A stretch of 54,307 nt of DNA, taken from NCBI GenBank assembly GCA_013202955.1, contig JABMPP010000111.1, forward strand, positions 1 to 54,307, in the 5' to 3' direction. Made by a program: the position numbers and the translations under genes. Below, piece after piece: positions 40,356 through 49,108 of the stretch. Below the pieces are notes generated by a model. It made no database searches and was not told the origin of the DNA. It saw only the letters and a program-made list of their open reading frames with translations. The stretch comes from Candidatus Woesearchaeota archaeon. GTDB lineage: Archaea; Nanobdellota; Nanobdellia; Woesearchaeales; JABMPP01. Within the stretch, counting starts at the first letter, position 1; every line of letters begins with the position of its first letter.

Positions 40356-40940
40356 ATGATAAAAAATAGAGAATTCTTTGCAAGAGGAAAAAGAGGGATC
40401 ATCTACATTGCTTTTATTGGAAAGAAGAAAGTGGGTATTAAAACAAAAAGGTCAGGTAGTAAGGCAATTGGAAGAATAGAAAATGAAGCAAAATGGATGA
40501 AGATTCTGAATAAGAAAGGAATTGGTCCTAAATTTGTTTCTTTTGAGAATAATGAGTTGATTTATGAGTTTGTTGAGGGTGAATTTATTATTGATTATTT
40601 TGAGAAATCAGAGAAAAAAGATATTTTGAGAGTTCTAAAAGATTTAATGAAACAGATGAGAGAGATGGACAAGTTAAAAGTGAATAAATTAGAGATGCAC
40701 CACCCTATAAAGCATGTTGTTGTTGGGAAGAATGTTGTATTACTAGATTTTGAGCGCTGTCATATAACAAACAAGCCCAAAAATGTAACACAGTTATGCC
40801 AGTTTATTGTTTCAGGACACCTAACCAAATTATTAGGATCAAAAGGGATTAAGATTAATAGAAAAGAGATATTAGATGCAGCAAAAGAGTATAAGAAGAA
40901 TCATAAAGGATTCAATAAGATATTTAAATTGATAAAATGA
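40356..40940 (+). CDS. Small atypical protein-kinase-fold protein (RIO/Bud32-like)
   Basis: 194 aa. Has a G-rich loop (RGKRGIIY), an invariant-Lys context (VGIKTKR), NEAKWMKIL, and an LLDFERC (DFG-like) segment. Confidence 0.5.
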   Translation: MIKNREFFARGKRGIIYIAFIGKKKVGIKTKRSGSKAIGRIENEAKWMKILNKKGIGPKFVSFENNELIYEFVEGEFIIDYFEKSEKKDILRVLKDLMKQMREMDKLKVNKLEMHHPIKHVVVGKNVVLLDFERCHITNKPKNVTQLCQFIVSGHLTKLLGSKGIKINRKEILDAAKEYKKNHKGFNKIFKLIK

Positions 40941-40943
40941 GAA

Positions 40944-41870
40944 TTAATTCTTTCCTTTGTTCTTGACTTTCTTCATGTCTTTTTCCAAATCCAATTCTTC
41001 AAGAAGTTCTTTATATCTATTTCTGATTGTGACTTCTGTTACACCTGCAACATCTGCTACTTCTCTTTGTGTTCTTTTTTCACCATGTATTAAAGCGCTT
41101 ACATAAAGAGCAGCTGCTGCAATTCCTGTTGGCCCTCTGCCTGATGTTAATTCTGCTTTTTGTGCTTTCTCTAATATTTCAACACTTTTTGATTGTGTTT
41201 CTGCGCTTAAATTCAATGATGAGCTGAATCTTGCAATATAATCAGCAGGATTGCTTGGCAATATTGTTATTCCTAGCTCTCTTGTCACAAATCTGTATGT
41301 TCTTCCGATTTCTTTTTTCTCTATTCCAGATGCTTCTGACAATTCATCCAATGTTCTTGGCACATCATGTCTTCTGCATGCTGCGTATAATGCGCCTGCA
41401 ACAACACTCTCCATTGATCGTCCTCTAACTAACCCTCTTTGAACAGCCAATGTGTATATTCTTGCAGATTCCTCTTCAACAGATTTTGGTAATTTAAGAT
41501 AAGAAGAAACTCTTTTTAATTCTGCTAATGCTAATTTAAGATTTCTTTCAATGGCAGTTGAGATTCTGTATTGCCATTTTCTTAGTCTGAAAAATTTGTT
41601 CTTTCCTTTGTCACCTAATGAATAAAGGTCTGCTTTTCTTCCGACTTCAGTTCCCAAACCTTGATCATATTGGGTATAAGTCATTGGGGCGCCGCTTCTT
41701 CTTTTTGTTGCAGCATCACTAGCATCAAATTCTCTCCATTCCTGGTCAAAGTCTACCATCTTCTCTTCAACAACAAGACCACAGTCTTTACAAATAATCT
41801 CTCCTTTTTCTTTATTCAAGAATAAGTTTATGCCAGCGCACTCTGGACACTTTTTAACGTATTTTTCCAA
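40944..41870 (-). CDS. tfb: Transcription initiation factor IIB (TFB)
   Basis: N-terminal zinc ribbon (CPECAG...CKDCG), B-finger/linker, and two cyclin-fold repeats (RGRS.ESVVAGALYAACR; GRGPTGIAAAALYVSAL). Confidence 0.95.
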   Translation of the reverse strand: MEKYVKKCPECAGINLFLNKEKGEIICKDCGLVVEEKMVDFDQEWREFDASDAATKRRSGAPMTYTQYDQGLGTEVGRKADLYSLGDKGKNKFFRLRKWQYRISTAIERNLKLALAELKRVSSYLKLPKSVEEESARIYTLAVQRGLVRGRSMESVVAGALYAACRRHDVPRTLDELSEASGIEKKEIGRTYRFVTRELGITILPSNPADYIARFSSSLNLSAETQSKSVEILEKAQKAELTSGRGPTGIAAAALYVSALIHGEKRTQREVADVAGVTEVTIRNRYKELLEELDLEKDMKKVKNKGKN

Positions 41871-41907
41871 GTTTTAGCCCCCCTATGATAAAAACTGTGA
41901 ATATAGT

Positions 41908-41978
41908 AATATTTAAAAAGAGGAAACGAAAGTCATATTTAAAGCTTACTATTTTTCAGAAATATTTAAAAAGAGGAA
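41908..41978. promoter_or_regulatory. Two identical 18-nt TATA-containing elements (AATATTTAAAAAGAGGAA) between tfb and tRNA-Ser
   Basis: Perfect copies lie at 41908-41925 and 41961-41978. The second is centred about 30 nt upstream of the tRNA-Ser 5' end (41997). Confidence 0.5.
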
Positions 41979-41996
41979 TCTTCTTCAGAATCCTAT

Positions 41997-42080
41997 GCCA
42001 GCGTGGCACAATCTGGTACTGCGCGAGACTGGAAATCTCGTTCCCTCACGGGTATCCCGGTTCAAATCCGGGCGCTGGCG
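41997..42080 (+). tRNA. tRNA-Ser (anticodon GGA)
   Basis: Hand-folded. Acceptor GCCAGCG/CGCTGGC; anticodon stem CGAGA/TCTCG with loop CTGGAAA. The long variable arm is TTCCCTCACGGGTAT. T arm CCCGG-TTCAAAT-CCGGG; discriminator G. 84 nt, no encoded CCA. Confidence 0.9.
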
Positions 42081-42102
42081 TATTATTAAACGGGGTGAGA
42101 AC

Positions 42103-42645
42103 ATGAAATACATATTAACTTTTATTGCAGTGTTTGCATTGGTAATTTCTGGATGCACTACTGGACAAGGTGATGAAAAAATGAATACTGAAGTAATATT
42201 TGAGACAAGCATGGGAAATATCAAAATACAGCTTTATGATGATATTGTTCCAATAACAACAGACAATTTTAAGAAGTTAGTTGGGGAAGGGTTCTATGAT
42301 GGAGTTATTTTCCACAGAGTTATTGATGGGTTCATGCTACAAGGCGGAGACCCAACAGGAACAGGTACAGGCGGACCTGGCTACACAATAAAAGATGAGT
42401 TTGATCCTTCATTAAGACATAATAAAAAAGGATTATTGTCAATGGCAAATGCAGGCCCTAACACTGGTGGCTCACAGTTCTTTATTACACTGGTTCCAAC
42501 ACCACACTTAGATGACCATCATGCAATCTTCGGTGAAGTTACAGAAGGAATCGAAGTTGTGGATGTTATTGGAAAGGTCCAGACAAATGCTATGGACAGA
42601 CCATTAGAAGATGTTGTAATAAAGAAAGCATATATTGTGGAATAA
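42103..42645 (+). CDS. Cyclophilin-type peptidyl-prolyl cis-trans isomerase with lipoprotein-like signal
   Basis: Cyclophilin motifs are FHRVIDGFMLQGGDP, GGPGY, LSMANAGPNTGGSQFFIT and HAIFGEV. The N-terminus MKYILTFIAVFALVISGC is lipobox-like. The track ORF's upstream extension overlaps tRNA-Ser and was trimmed. Confidence 0.9.
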   Translation: MKYILTFIAVFALVISGCTTGQGDEKMNTEVIFETSMGNIKIQLYDDIVPITTDNFKKLVGEGFYDGVIFHRVIDGFMLQGGDPTGTGTGGPGYTIKDEFDPSLRHNKKGLLSMANAGPNTGGSQFFITLVPTPHLDDHHAIFGEVTEGIEVVDVIGKVQTNAMDRPLEDVVIKKAYIVE

Positions 42646-42651
42646 TTTTTT

Positions 42652-43134
42652 TTATTCTTTATATTCTATTTCAACAATATCATTTAATTTTAATTCTGTT
42701 TTAGCATCTTTAACAGGAAACTCAAGATAATCCTTATTAGACATTACAAAATAATAAACTCTCCCATCTCTCCCCATCAAAATCTCTGGGTCATCTTTAT
42801 ACAGGCTAATAGCTCTGTAGGTATGGATATGAAAATCAGGGTCTGACTCAAAATAACCATTTCCAAGGAATCTTGAGAATGCAAATGTTCCGCCTTCAGA
42901 TATTTCCTTAATCTCCCCTCCAAAAGTTTTGTAAATTTCAGGTGAAAACATGTACTCAACCCACATATCTCTACTATTATTTTTAACAGGCTTTGGTTTT
43001 CTGATTCTCCATCTAGACCTATCCATATGTTTTTCAGCCACATCATGCTCAAAGTCAAACATCCATGTAGGATATTTTCTTGACTCATGAAGACGATAAG
43101 GATGATATGTTTTCAATAATTCAGTTATGCTCAT
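42652..43134 (-). CDS. Hypothetical protein
   Basis: 160-aa ORF with normal amino-acid composition. No recognised domain. Confidence 0.5.
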   Translation of the reverse strand: MSITELLKTYHPYRLHESRKYPTWMFDFEHDVAEKHMDRSRWRIRKPKPVKNNSRDMWVEYMFSPEIYKTFGGEIKEISEGGTFAFSRFLGNGYFESDPDFHIHTYRAISLYKDDPEILMGRDGRVYYFVMSNKDYLEFPVKDAKTELKLNDIVEIEYKE

Positions 43135-43182
43135 TTTAACCTCGGAACCATTTGGTCTTTCAAAATTCTTTAAAAAACTATC

Positions 43183-44967
43183 TTATTCCCACTCAATTGT
43201 TGCTGGTGGTTTATTAGTAATATCATAGAAAACAGCATTTATTCCAAATATTTTCAAAAGTGAATCTACAATTCTTTTCAGCACTTTTGGTTTTAGTTTT
43301 GCGAATTCAGCTGTCATTGCCTCTTTTGAATAAACAGGTCTTAATATAATGCTCTCACCCCTAACACCATAAGGAATAAGCACAACAGGGAACTGCCATA
43401 TCTGAAATTTTGATTTTGGGTCTAATTTTTCCATAACAATCTCATCTGCATCTCTTAACAGCTCAATCCTTGGTCTTGTTACTGAGAATTGTTTTACTCT
43501 TCCTTCAAAATTCGAGAAATGCAATAACCAAACAACTCTGTTTACTTCAGGAATATTGTTTGTTATTTCAGTAGATAACTCTCCAAGTTTTGACCAGTTT
43601 GATTTTCCCATCACAACAGCAGCATAACTGTAAGTTCTTGAATCACCCTGAACACCAACACTTTTTATTGGGAGTAATTTTCCATTCATGGTGTATTTTT
43701 CAGCTATTTCATTTATTCTCTTGTTAATTCCTGCTTCATTTTTTATTTTTTCAGGCTCTTCAACACATAAACATCTTATTCCAAGCCCAGGACCCGGAAA
43801 TGGGTGCCTGTAGATAAGAGATTTAGGCAGTTTTAGCTCTAAAGCTAGTTTTCTAACCTCATCCTTATACAGCTCTGAAATAGGTTCTATAACCTTTCCC
43901 TCATCAATAAGCTTTTGAACAGCTTCTACCCTATTATGATGGGTTTTTATCAAGTCAGAGTGCTTTGTTCCCTTTGATTCAATAGTATCTGGATAAATTG
44001 TGCCTTGGCCTAAAAGCCATTTATTATTATCTAACTCTAATTTATCAACAACCTTTTGCTGAACCTCAATAAACTTCTCTCCAATTATCTTTCTTTTTTC
44101 TTCTGGGTCATACACACCTGCAAGAGGGTTAAGGAAATCATCCTCTGCTTTCACAACATGAAGCTTGAATCCAAGCTCTGTTAACCCTTTTTTCACAGAT
44201 CTGCTTTCATTCTTTCTCATCAATCCATTATTAACATGCAACCCATACACTCTTTTGGATCCTAATGCTTTTTCAAGCAGAGCAAAACAGACAGTTGAGT
44301 CAATCCCACCAGAAACAAGAAGAAACACACCCTTATCTCCAACTTGTTCTTTGATCTCTTCAATCTTTTTCTCCAAAAAATTATGCATATTCCATTCTTG
44401 CTTGCATTCACATATTTTAAGCACAAAATTCTCAATTATCTTCATTCCATTTGGAGTATGAGTGACTTCTGGATGAAACTGCAATCCATAATATTGTTTT
44501 TTTTCATTCCCAACAGCAGCTGTTTTGCAGTCATCTGTTGAGCCGAATATCTCAAAACCATCAGGAAGTTTTTCAACAACATCACCATGGCTCATCCATA
44601 CTGTTTCAAGGGTTGATAACCCAGCAAGCACTCCTTCATCTATTTTTACTTTCAGAGTTGCACTTCCGTATTCTTGGCTTTCTCCTTTCTTAACCTCTCC
44701 ACCAAGAGCTGAAGCCATTAATTGGTGACCATAGCACAATCCAAGAATAGGAATATTTAATGAAAACAATTTTTCATCATATTTAGGAGCATCCTCACCA
44801 TATACTGAATTTGGTCCTCCTGAAATTATTATTCCTTTAGCATCTTTTAATTCATCAATATTAACATCAGAGTTTTTTATTTCAGAATAAACATTAAGCT
44901 GTCTAACTCTTCTTGCAAGCAGATGACAGTACTGACCTCCCATATCTAAGATAATTATTTTGTCCAT
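43183..44967 (-). CDS. guaA: GMP synthase (glutamine-hydrolysing), fused GATase plus ATP-pyrophosphatase
   Basis: GATase motifs GLCYGHQLM and H.E. PP-loop SGGIDS. C-terminal dimerisation domain ends in PPATIEWE. Confidence 0.93.
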   Translation of the reverse strand: MDKIIILDMGGQYCHLLARRVRQLNVYSEIKNSDVNIDELKDAKGIIISGGPNSVYGEDAPKYDEKLFSLNIPILGLCYGHQLMASALGGEVKKGESQEYGSATLKVKIDEGVLAGLSTLETVWMSHGDVVEKLPDGFEIFGSTDDCKTAAVGNEKKQYYGLQFHPEVTHTPNGMKIIENFVLKICECKQEWNMHNFLEKKIEEIKEQVGDKGVFLLVSGGIDSTVCFALLEKALGSKRVYGLHVNNGLMRKNESRSVKKGLTELGFKLHVVKAEDDFLNPLAGVYDPEEKRKIIGEKFIEVQQKVVDKLELDNNKWLLGQGTIYPDTIESKGTKHSDLIKTHHNRVEAVQKLIDEGKVIEPISELYKDEVRKLALELKLPKSLIYRHPFPGPGLGIRCLCVEEPEKIKNEAGINKRINEIAEKYTMNGKLLPIKSVGVQGDSRTYSYAAVVMGKSNWSKLGELSTEITNNIPEVNRVVWLLHFSNFEGRVKQFSVTRPRIELLRDADEIVMEKLDPKSKFQIWQFPVVLIPYGVRGESIILRPVYSKEAMTAEFAKLKPKVLKRIVDSLLKIFGINAVFYDITNKPPATIEWE

Positions 44968-45066
44968 TAAAAATTCCCTCTGGTAATTTTTATGGATGCT
45001 AAAAAACGTGTAAACAAGTTTTTGGCATCCATAAAATCAAAACAGATAATTTATATTTAAATTATT

Positions 45067-46551
45067 CTATTTGATGATAAAAGAATTCTTGACCTCTTTT
45101 GAGAAGTTTAATCTTTGTTTATTATTTGAATAAACAGTAAATAGAACTTCATTTTTCTTAACAGCATCACCAACATGCTTGTTAAGATATATTCCTGCAT
45201 ATTTGTCATTTGGAGCACCAGCAACTCTTGCTATTTTTGATATGTTATTATTATCCATACTCTTTACTTTTCCTGATCTCCCTGCTTTTACTTCATAAGA
45301 AAAGTTTCCAGGTTTTATTTTTTCAGGATTTATCTTCTTTTTTCCTTGTTCTGTTACCATATCAATGAATTTCTTATAGGCTTCACCAGAATTCAGAATA
45401 TCTAATGCTTTTTTTCTTCCATTTCCTTTCTTGCTTTTTCCAGCCATTTCCAATATCAATCCTGCCATATTGACTGATCTGGTTTTCAGATCTTGTGGTG
45501 CTTTTGGGTCATTCTTCAACAGCCATAGAATATCTCTTGCTTCAAGAGCAGGACCAAGCCCATTCCCTATTGGCTGTGAGCCATTTGTGATTATTACCTT
45601 TACTTTCATACCTACATGATTTCCTATCTGTTCAAACTGTCTTTTCAACATTAAAGCTTGTTTTTTGTTTTCTATCTTTGCTCCTTTTCCTATTGGAATA
45701 TCCACAAGAACATGTGTTGCAGATACTGAAGCTTTTTTTGCCATTATGCTTGCCAATAGCTGGCTTCTAGAATCAATGCTCAATGGATGCTCTACTCTAA
45801 TTATTCTGTCATCTGCTGGTGCAAGATTCATTGAGCCACCCCAAACAAGGCATGCACCTGTCTTTGCCAAAACCTTCTTAATTTTCTCTATAGGCAGAGT
45901 AACATTTGTCATAACCTCCATTGTGTCAGCTGTTCCAGCAGGACTTGTTATAGATCTTGAGGATGTTTTTGGGACTGTAAGACCTGCTGCAGCAAGTATT
46001 GAAACAACAATAGGAGTTGTTCTGTTGCCAGGAACTCCTCCTACACAATGCTTGTCAATAACAGGGTATTTTTTTAATCTTAACACATCACCAAATGTTA
46101 CCATTGCTTTTGTTAATGAGATTGTTTCTTTCATACTCATTATGTTTGTATGACATGCTGAAACAAAATAAGTTACTTCAATATCACTAAGCTTGTTTTC
46201 GGTTATATCTCTTACTATCTCATTAATCTCAAAATCACTCAATGTAAACCCATTAAGTTTTTTCTTTATGTATTGCACTGAATCAGGTTTTTTATCTAAG
46301 CTTATATCAACAATATAATTATTTTTAATTTTTAATTTTCTTAGAACTTCTTCATACATCCCAATATGATTTTTTTTAATAGCTTTTTCTGATTGAGCTA
46401 TATTCACAATAGATGTTGTGAATCTACTTCTATATTTGATATTAATCCTGTCACCATGATAAATATTAAGAAACTCTGCATCCTCATTATTTAATGTTAC
46501 AACCTGAGGACCACCTGTAGCTATATCCATATCCTTTACTCTAAACTTCAT
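45067..46551 (-). CDS. deoA: AMP phosphorylase (archaeal thymidine-phosphorylase family)
   Basis: Has the archaeal-specific N-terminal domain (MKFRVKDMDIATGG...). The glycosyl-transferase family 3 core includes DKHCVGGVPGNRTT and TSSRSITSPAGTADTME. Confidence 0.85.
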   Translation of the reverse strand: MKFRVKDMDIATGGPQVVTLNNEDAEFLNIYHGDRINIKYRSRFTTSIVNIAQSEKAIKKNHIGMYEEVLRKLKIKNNYIVDISLDKKPDSVQYIKKKLNGFTLSDFEINEIVRDITENKLSDIEVTYFVSACHTNIMSMKETISLTKAMVTFGDVLRLKKYPVIDKHCVGGVPGNRTTPIVVSILAAAGLTVPKTSSRSITSPAGTADTMEVMTNVTLPIEKIKKVLAKTGACLVWGGSMNLAPADDRIIRVEHPLSIDSRSQLLASIMAKKASVSATHVLVDIPIGKGAKIENKKQALMLKRQFEQIGNHVGMKVKVIITNGSQPIGNGLGPALEARDILWLLKNDPKAPQDLKTRSVNMAGLILEMAGKSKKGNGRKKALDILNSGEAYKKFIDMVTEQGKKKINPEKIKPGNFSYEVKAGRSGKVKSMDNNNISKIARVAGAPNDKYAGIYLNKHVGDAVKKNEVLFTVYSNNKQRLNFSKEVKNSFIIK

Positions 46552-46553
46552 AT

Positions 46554-47612
46554 TTAGCCCTCTCCTTGGTAAATTTCCATAAATGTGGTTAATAATACAA
46601 GGATAAGAGGTCCTAAAAGAATTCCTATAAATCCAAAAGCAACTAATCCTCCTAAAACACCAATTAGCACAATAGCAGGATGAACTTTTGATTTCCCACC
46701 TATAAGTTTTGGTCTTACAATATTGTCAATGCCACTGATAATAATTATTCCATAAATAAAAAGACCAACTCCTTTTCCCATCATCAATGGACTTGAGCTT
46801 AATAAACCATTAATAAAAATATAAACTGATATTGGAAACCAGACAATTGCTGAACCAAAGAATGGAAGCAATGCCACAAGAGCAGTCATTATAGTCCAAA
46901 GAAGAGGAGATGAAAGTCCAACAACAAAATAACCTATTCCTGCAACAGCACCTTGTAATAAAGCTGTTAATATATATCCATATATAACTGCATAAGTAAT
47001 ATTACTGACTTTTTTTGCAATATTTTCCTTATGTGAAGACTTAATTGGTAGAAAGGCCCATGCCTTTTTCATAAAGTATTCTCCATCTACAAATAAATAA
47101 TATAACACAAATAACAGCACAAATAACTCTAAGAATCTTCCTGGAATAGAGAATAAAAAGTTGGATGTTGAGTTTATAATATATGAGCTTCCTTTTTGAA
47201 CTATTTCTGTTAAGTAACTTGAAAACCCAGAATCAGTAAACATGTATGATGATAATGTACATATAAGGGATGGATTCTCACAGTCCAGTTTCAAAGAACC
47301 ATCATCACCAAATCTCTCCTTTATCATAACATATGATGAATATGCTTCTTTTGTTAGCATGTTTGTGACAAAAACAAAAGGAACCAATATCAACAATAAG
47401 ATTATTAGTGTCATGATAATTGAGGATATTCTCTTTTTTCCTGTTTTTGCAACTAATTTTTCATAAAGAGGGTAAAACACATAAGCAAGCAAACCTGAAG
47501 ATATAATTGTGACAACAAATGGTTTTAATACCAACCATGAAATATAAGCAAGGAATAAGAATAAAGCAATAGTAAGATACCTTGATCCTTTGAACTTAAT
47601 TATGTCTGCCAT
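46554..47612 (-). CDS. AI-2E family (PerM/UPF0118) transporter
   Basis: 352 aa, about 8 TM helices. The conserved core is LLQGAVAGIGYFVVGLSSPLLWTIMTALVALLPFFGSAIVWFP. Confidence 0.8.
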   Translation of the reverse strand: MADIIKFKGSRYLTIALFLFLAYISWLVLKPFVVTIISSGLLAYVFYPLYEKLVAKTGKKRISSIIMTLIILLLILVPFVFVTNMLTKEAYSSYVMIKERFGDDGSLKLDCENPSLICTLSSYMFTDSGFSSYLTEIVQKGSSYIINSTSNFLFSIPGRFLELFVLLFVLYYLFVDGEYFMKKAWAFLPIKSSHKENIAKKVSNITYAVIYGYILTALLQGAVAGIGYFVVGLSSPLLWTIMTALVALLPFFGSAIVWFPISVYIFINGLLSSSPLMMGKGVGLFIYGIIIISGIDNIVRPKLIGGKSKVHPAIVLIGVLGGLVAFGFIGILLGPLILVLLTTFMEIYQGEG

Positions 47613-47648
47613 GATTTTATCCTGTGTTTTATTCTATTTAAATTTTTG

Positions 47649-48080
47649 CTAATTTGAAGATTGAACCAGACTTCTTATATAATTATGAATTTGTTTTGAA
47701 TAAGGAACATATTTTAATTTGTATTTGCCTAGAACTATTGTAGATGTTCCAAAGATTTTATCTAATGGGTTTCTTTTTACCTCAAAGCTAGGAATTGTAA
47801 CATATGGGTGCCACATATTATTTGCGTACATTCTATCAGCATAGAAATAATATGCTGCTTTCATGTATTTTGAATATGTTTCAAGAAATGCAAATCCTGC
47901 AAGAATAATTGAAATAACAATTGCACCAAGACTGTAATATACTCCCATATTTATCTTCAGAAATTTAAGGTTTAGGAAAATACCGTAATAAATAAGAACA
48001 GCCAAGAAGATAACCATAATTATTCTAGGAACAAAATAGCTTCTCTTGTCCGGCATTAAAACATACTGCGGATTTTCCAT
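47649..48080 (-). CDS. Membrane protein with bacterial-PH (YdbS/DUF304-like) domain
   Basis: Two N-terminal TM helices are followed by a short beta-rich segment (...VKRNPLDKIFGTSTIVLG...). Confidence 0.45.
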   Translation of the reverse strand: MENPQYVLMPDKRSYFVPRIIMVIFLAVLIYYGIFLNLKFLKINMGVYYSLGAIVISIILAGFAFLETYSKYMKAAYYFYADRMYANNMWHPYVTIPSFEVKRNPLDKIFGTSTIVLGKYKLKYVPYSKQIHNYIRSLVQSSN

Positions 48081-48105
48081 ATTTACCTCTTTTTAATGTA
48101 TTTAA

Positions 48106-48178
48106 TGGGCCCACCCAGGATCGAACTGGGGATCCCCGCCATGTCGAGGCGATGTCATAACCACTAGACCATAGGCCC
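48106..48178 (-). tRNA. tRNA-Val (anticodon GAC) with unusual C at position 33
   Basis: Hand-folded, 73 nt. Acceptor GGGCCTA/TGGGCCC; D arm GTCT-AGTGGTTA-TGAC. Anticodon stem TCGCC/GGCGG with loop TCGACAT. T arm CCCAG-TTCGATC-CTGGG; discriminator A. Confidence 0.8.
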
Positions 48179-48229
48179 GTTGACAGTGATTAATCTAGGT
48201 TTATATATAAGTTTTACTGAAAATAGAAT

Positions 48230-48436
48230 TTATTTTTTGAACTTATACTCAAACACTTTCCTATTGGAGGCATTTCTTTTATTAACCTTATATAGAACCT
48301 GTTTGCTTTCTCTTAATCTTCTTAAGCTATTTGTAACTGAGCCTACAGAGACTTTTAATTTCTTTGCAATCTCTTTAGAACTAAACCACTTTAGCTTATT
48401 TTTCCTTAAAAAATCGTAAACTTCTTGTTGACCCAT
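48230..48436 (-). CDS. Small winged-helix DNA-binding protein
   Basis: 68 aa. Typical wHTH sequence: VYDFLRKNKLKWFSSKEIAKKLKVSVGSVTNSLRRLRESKQVLYK. Confidence 0.65.
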   Translation of the reverse strand: MGQQEVYDFLRKNKLKWFSSKEIAKKLKVSVGSVTNSLRRLRESKQVLYKVNKRNASNRKVFEYKFKK

Positions 48437-48560
48437 ATTAACCCCCTAATTTAAATTGTTTGTATTACCTATATATAAACCTTTCTTTATTTGATAACAA
48501 TATTTATATAAAATACTTTATTACCACTCTAAAAAAGGGGTTCTTTTATGAAGGGTTTTA

Positions 48561-49061
48561 ATGAAGAAAATTGGTTTTGTTTTAATTGGGGTTATGATTG
48601 TATTTGTTCTAGGTTCTAATGCACATGACGAGTATGAAATTGATGAAAATATCAAGTTCTTTTTAATAAATGATGATGAGAATCCTAATATTAAGTTCAA
48701 TAAAATAGCAGAGAAGAAAGATTTTAGTATTACATATAAAAAGTTAAAATATAAAATAACTCCTTTGATTAAAAATAAGAAGGTGAATTTAGATAGTTGG
48801 CCAGATGACAACGGAGAGGTTACAGAGCTCTCAAGATTCCTGCAGAACAAAAAAATAAACCTAAGCAGAAGATATCAAAATTATGAGGAGATAGAAAGAT
48901 ATATTCCAGAAGATTGTGATAAGGGATACTGGAATGATCATCATATAAGGCATTATTGTGATTGGTTTAAGGTTGGCGGAAAACCCTGGAAAGACCAGGA
49001 AACATTCCAGAGATATTATTTATATTGGGAGAATCAGTATAACCATCAAACAAGTGATTGA
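48561..49061 (+). CDS. Hypothetical secreted protein
   Basis: 166 aa with signal peptide MKKIGFVLIGVMIVFVLGSNA. The C-terminus is W/Y/H-rich. Confidence 0.5.
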   Translation: MKKIGFVLIGVMIVFVLGSNAHDEYEIDENIKFFLINDDENPNIKFNKIAEKKDFSITYKKLKYKITPLIKNKKVNLDSWPDDNGEVTELSRFLQNKKINLSRRYQNYEEIERYIPEDCDKGYWNDHHIRHYCDWFKVGGKPWKDQETFQRYYLYWENQYNHQTSD

Positions 49062-49108
49062 GTTCTAATCAAAAAACATAAAAAGATTAATTATAGGTTG
49101 TTATTCTG

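Noticed and set aside
41885-42224. ORFs 41885..42106 (+) and 41985..42224 (-), and the N-terminal extension of 41995..42645, all overlapping tRNA-Ser.
   Set aside because: They run through a well-folded tRNA-Ser gene (41997-42080). The cyclophilin has a proper signal-peptide start at ATG 42103 with GGTGA upstream.
42777-43088. 103-aa alternative-frame minus-strand ORF inside 42652..43134.
   Set aside because: The longer 160-aa frame has more protein-like composition and spans the whole interval. The two cannot both be favoured, and I saw no evidence of overlapping coding.
45431-46153. Plus-strand ORFs (62 and 162 aa) antisense to the AMP phosphorylase gene, and similar ORFs (44165..44728) antisense to guaA.
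   Set aside because: They are embedded in strongly supported conserved enzymes on the opposite strand. Their Ser/Pro/Phe-rich products are typical antisense artefacts.
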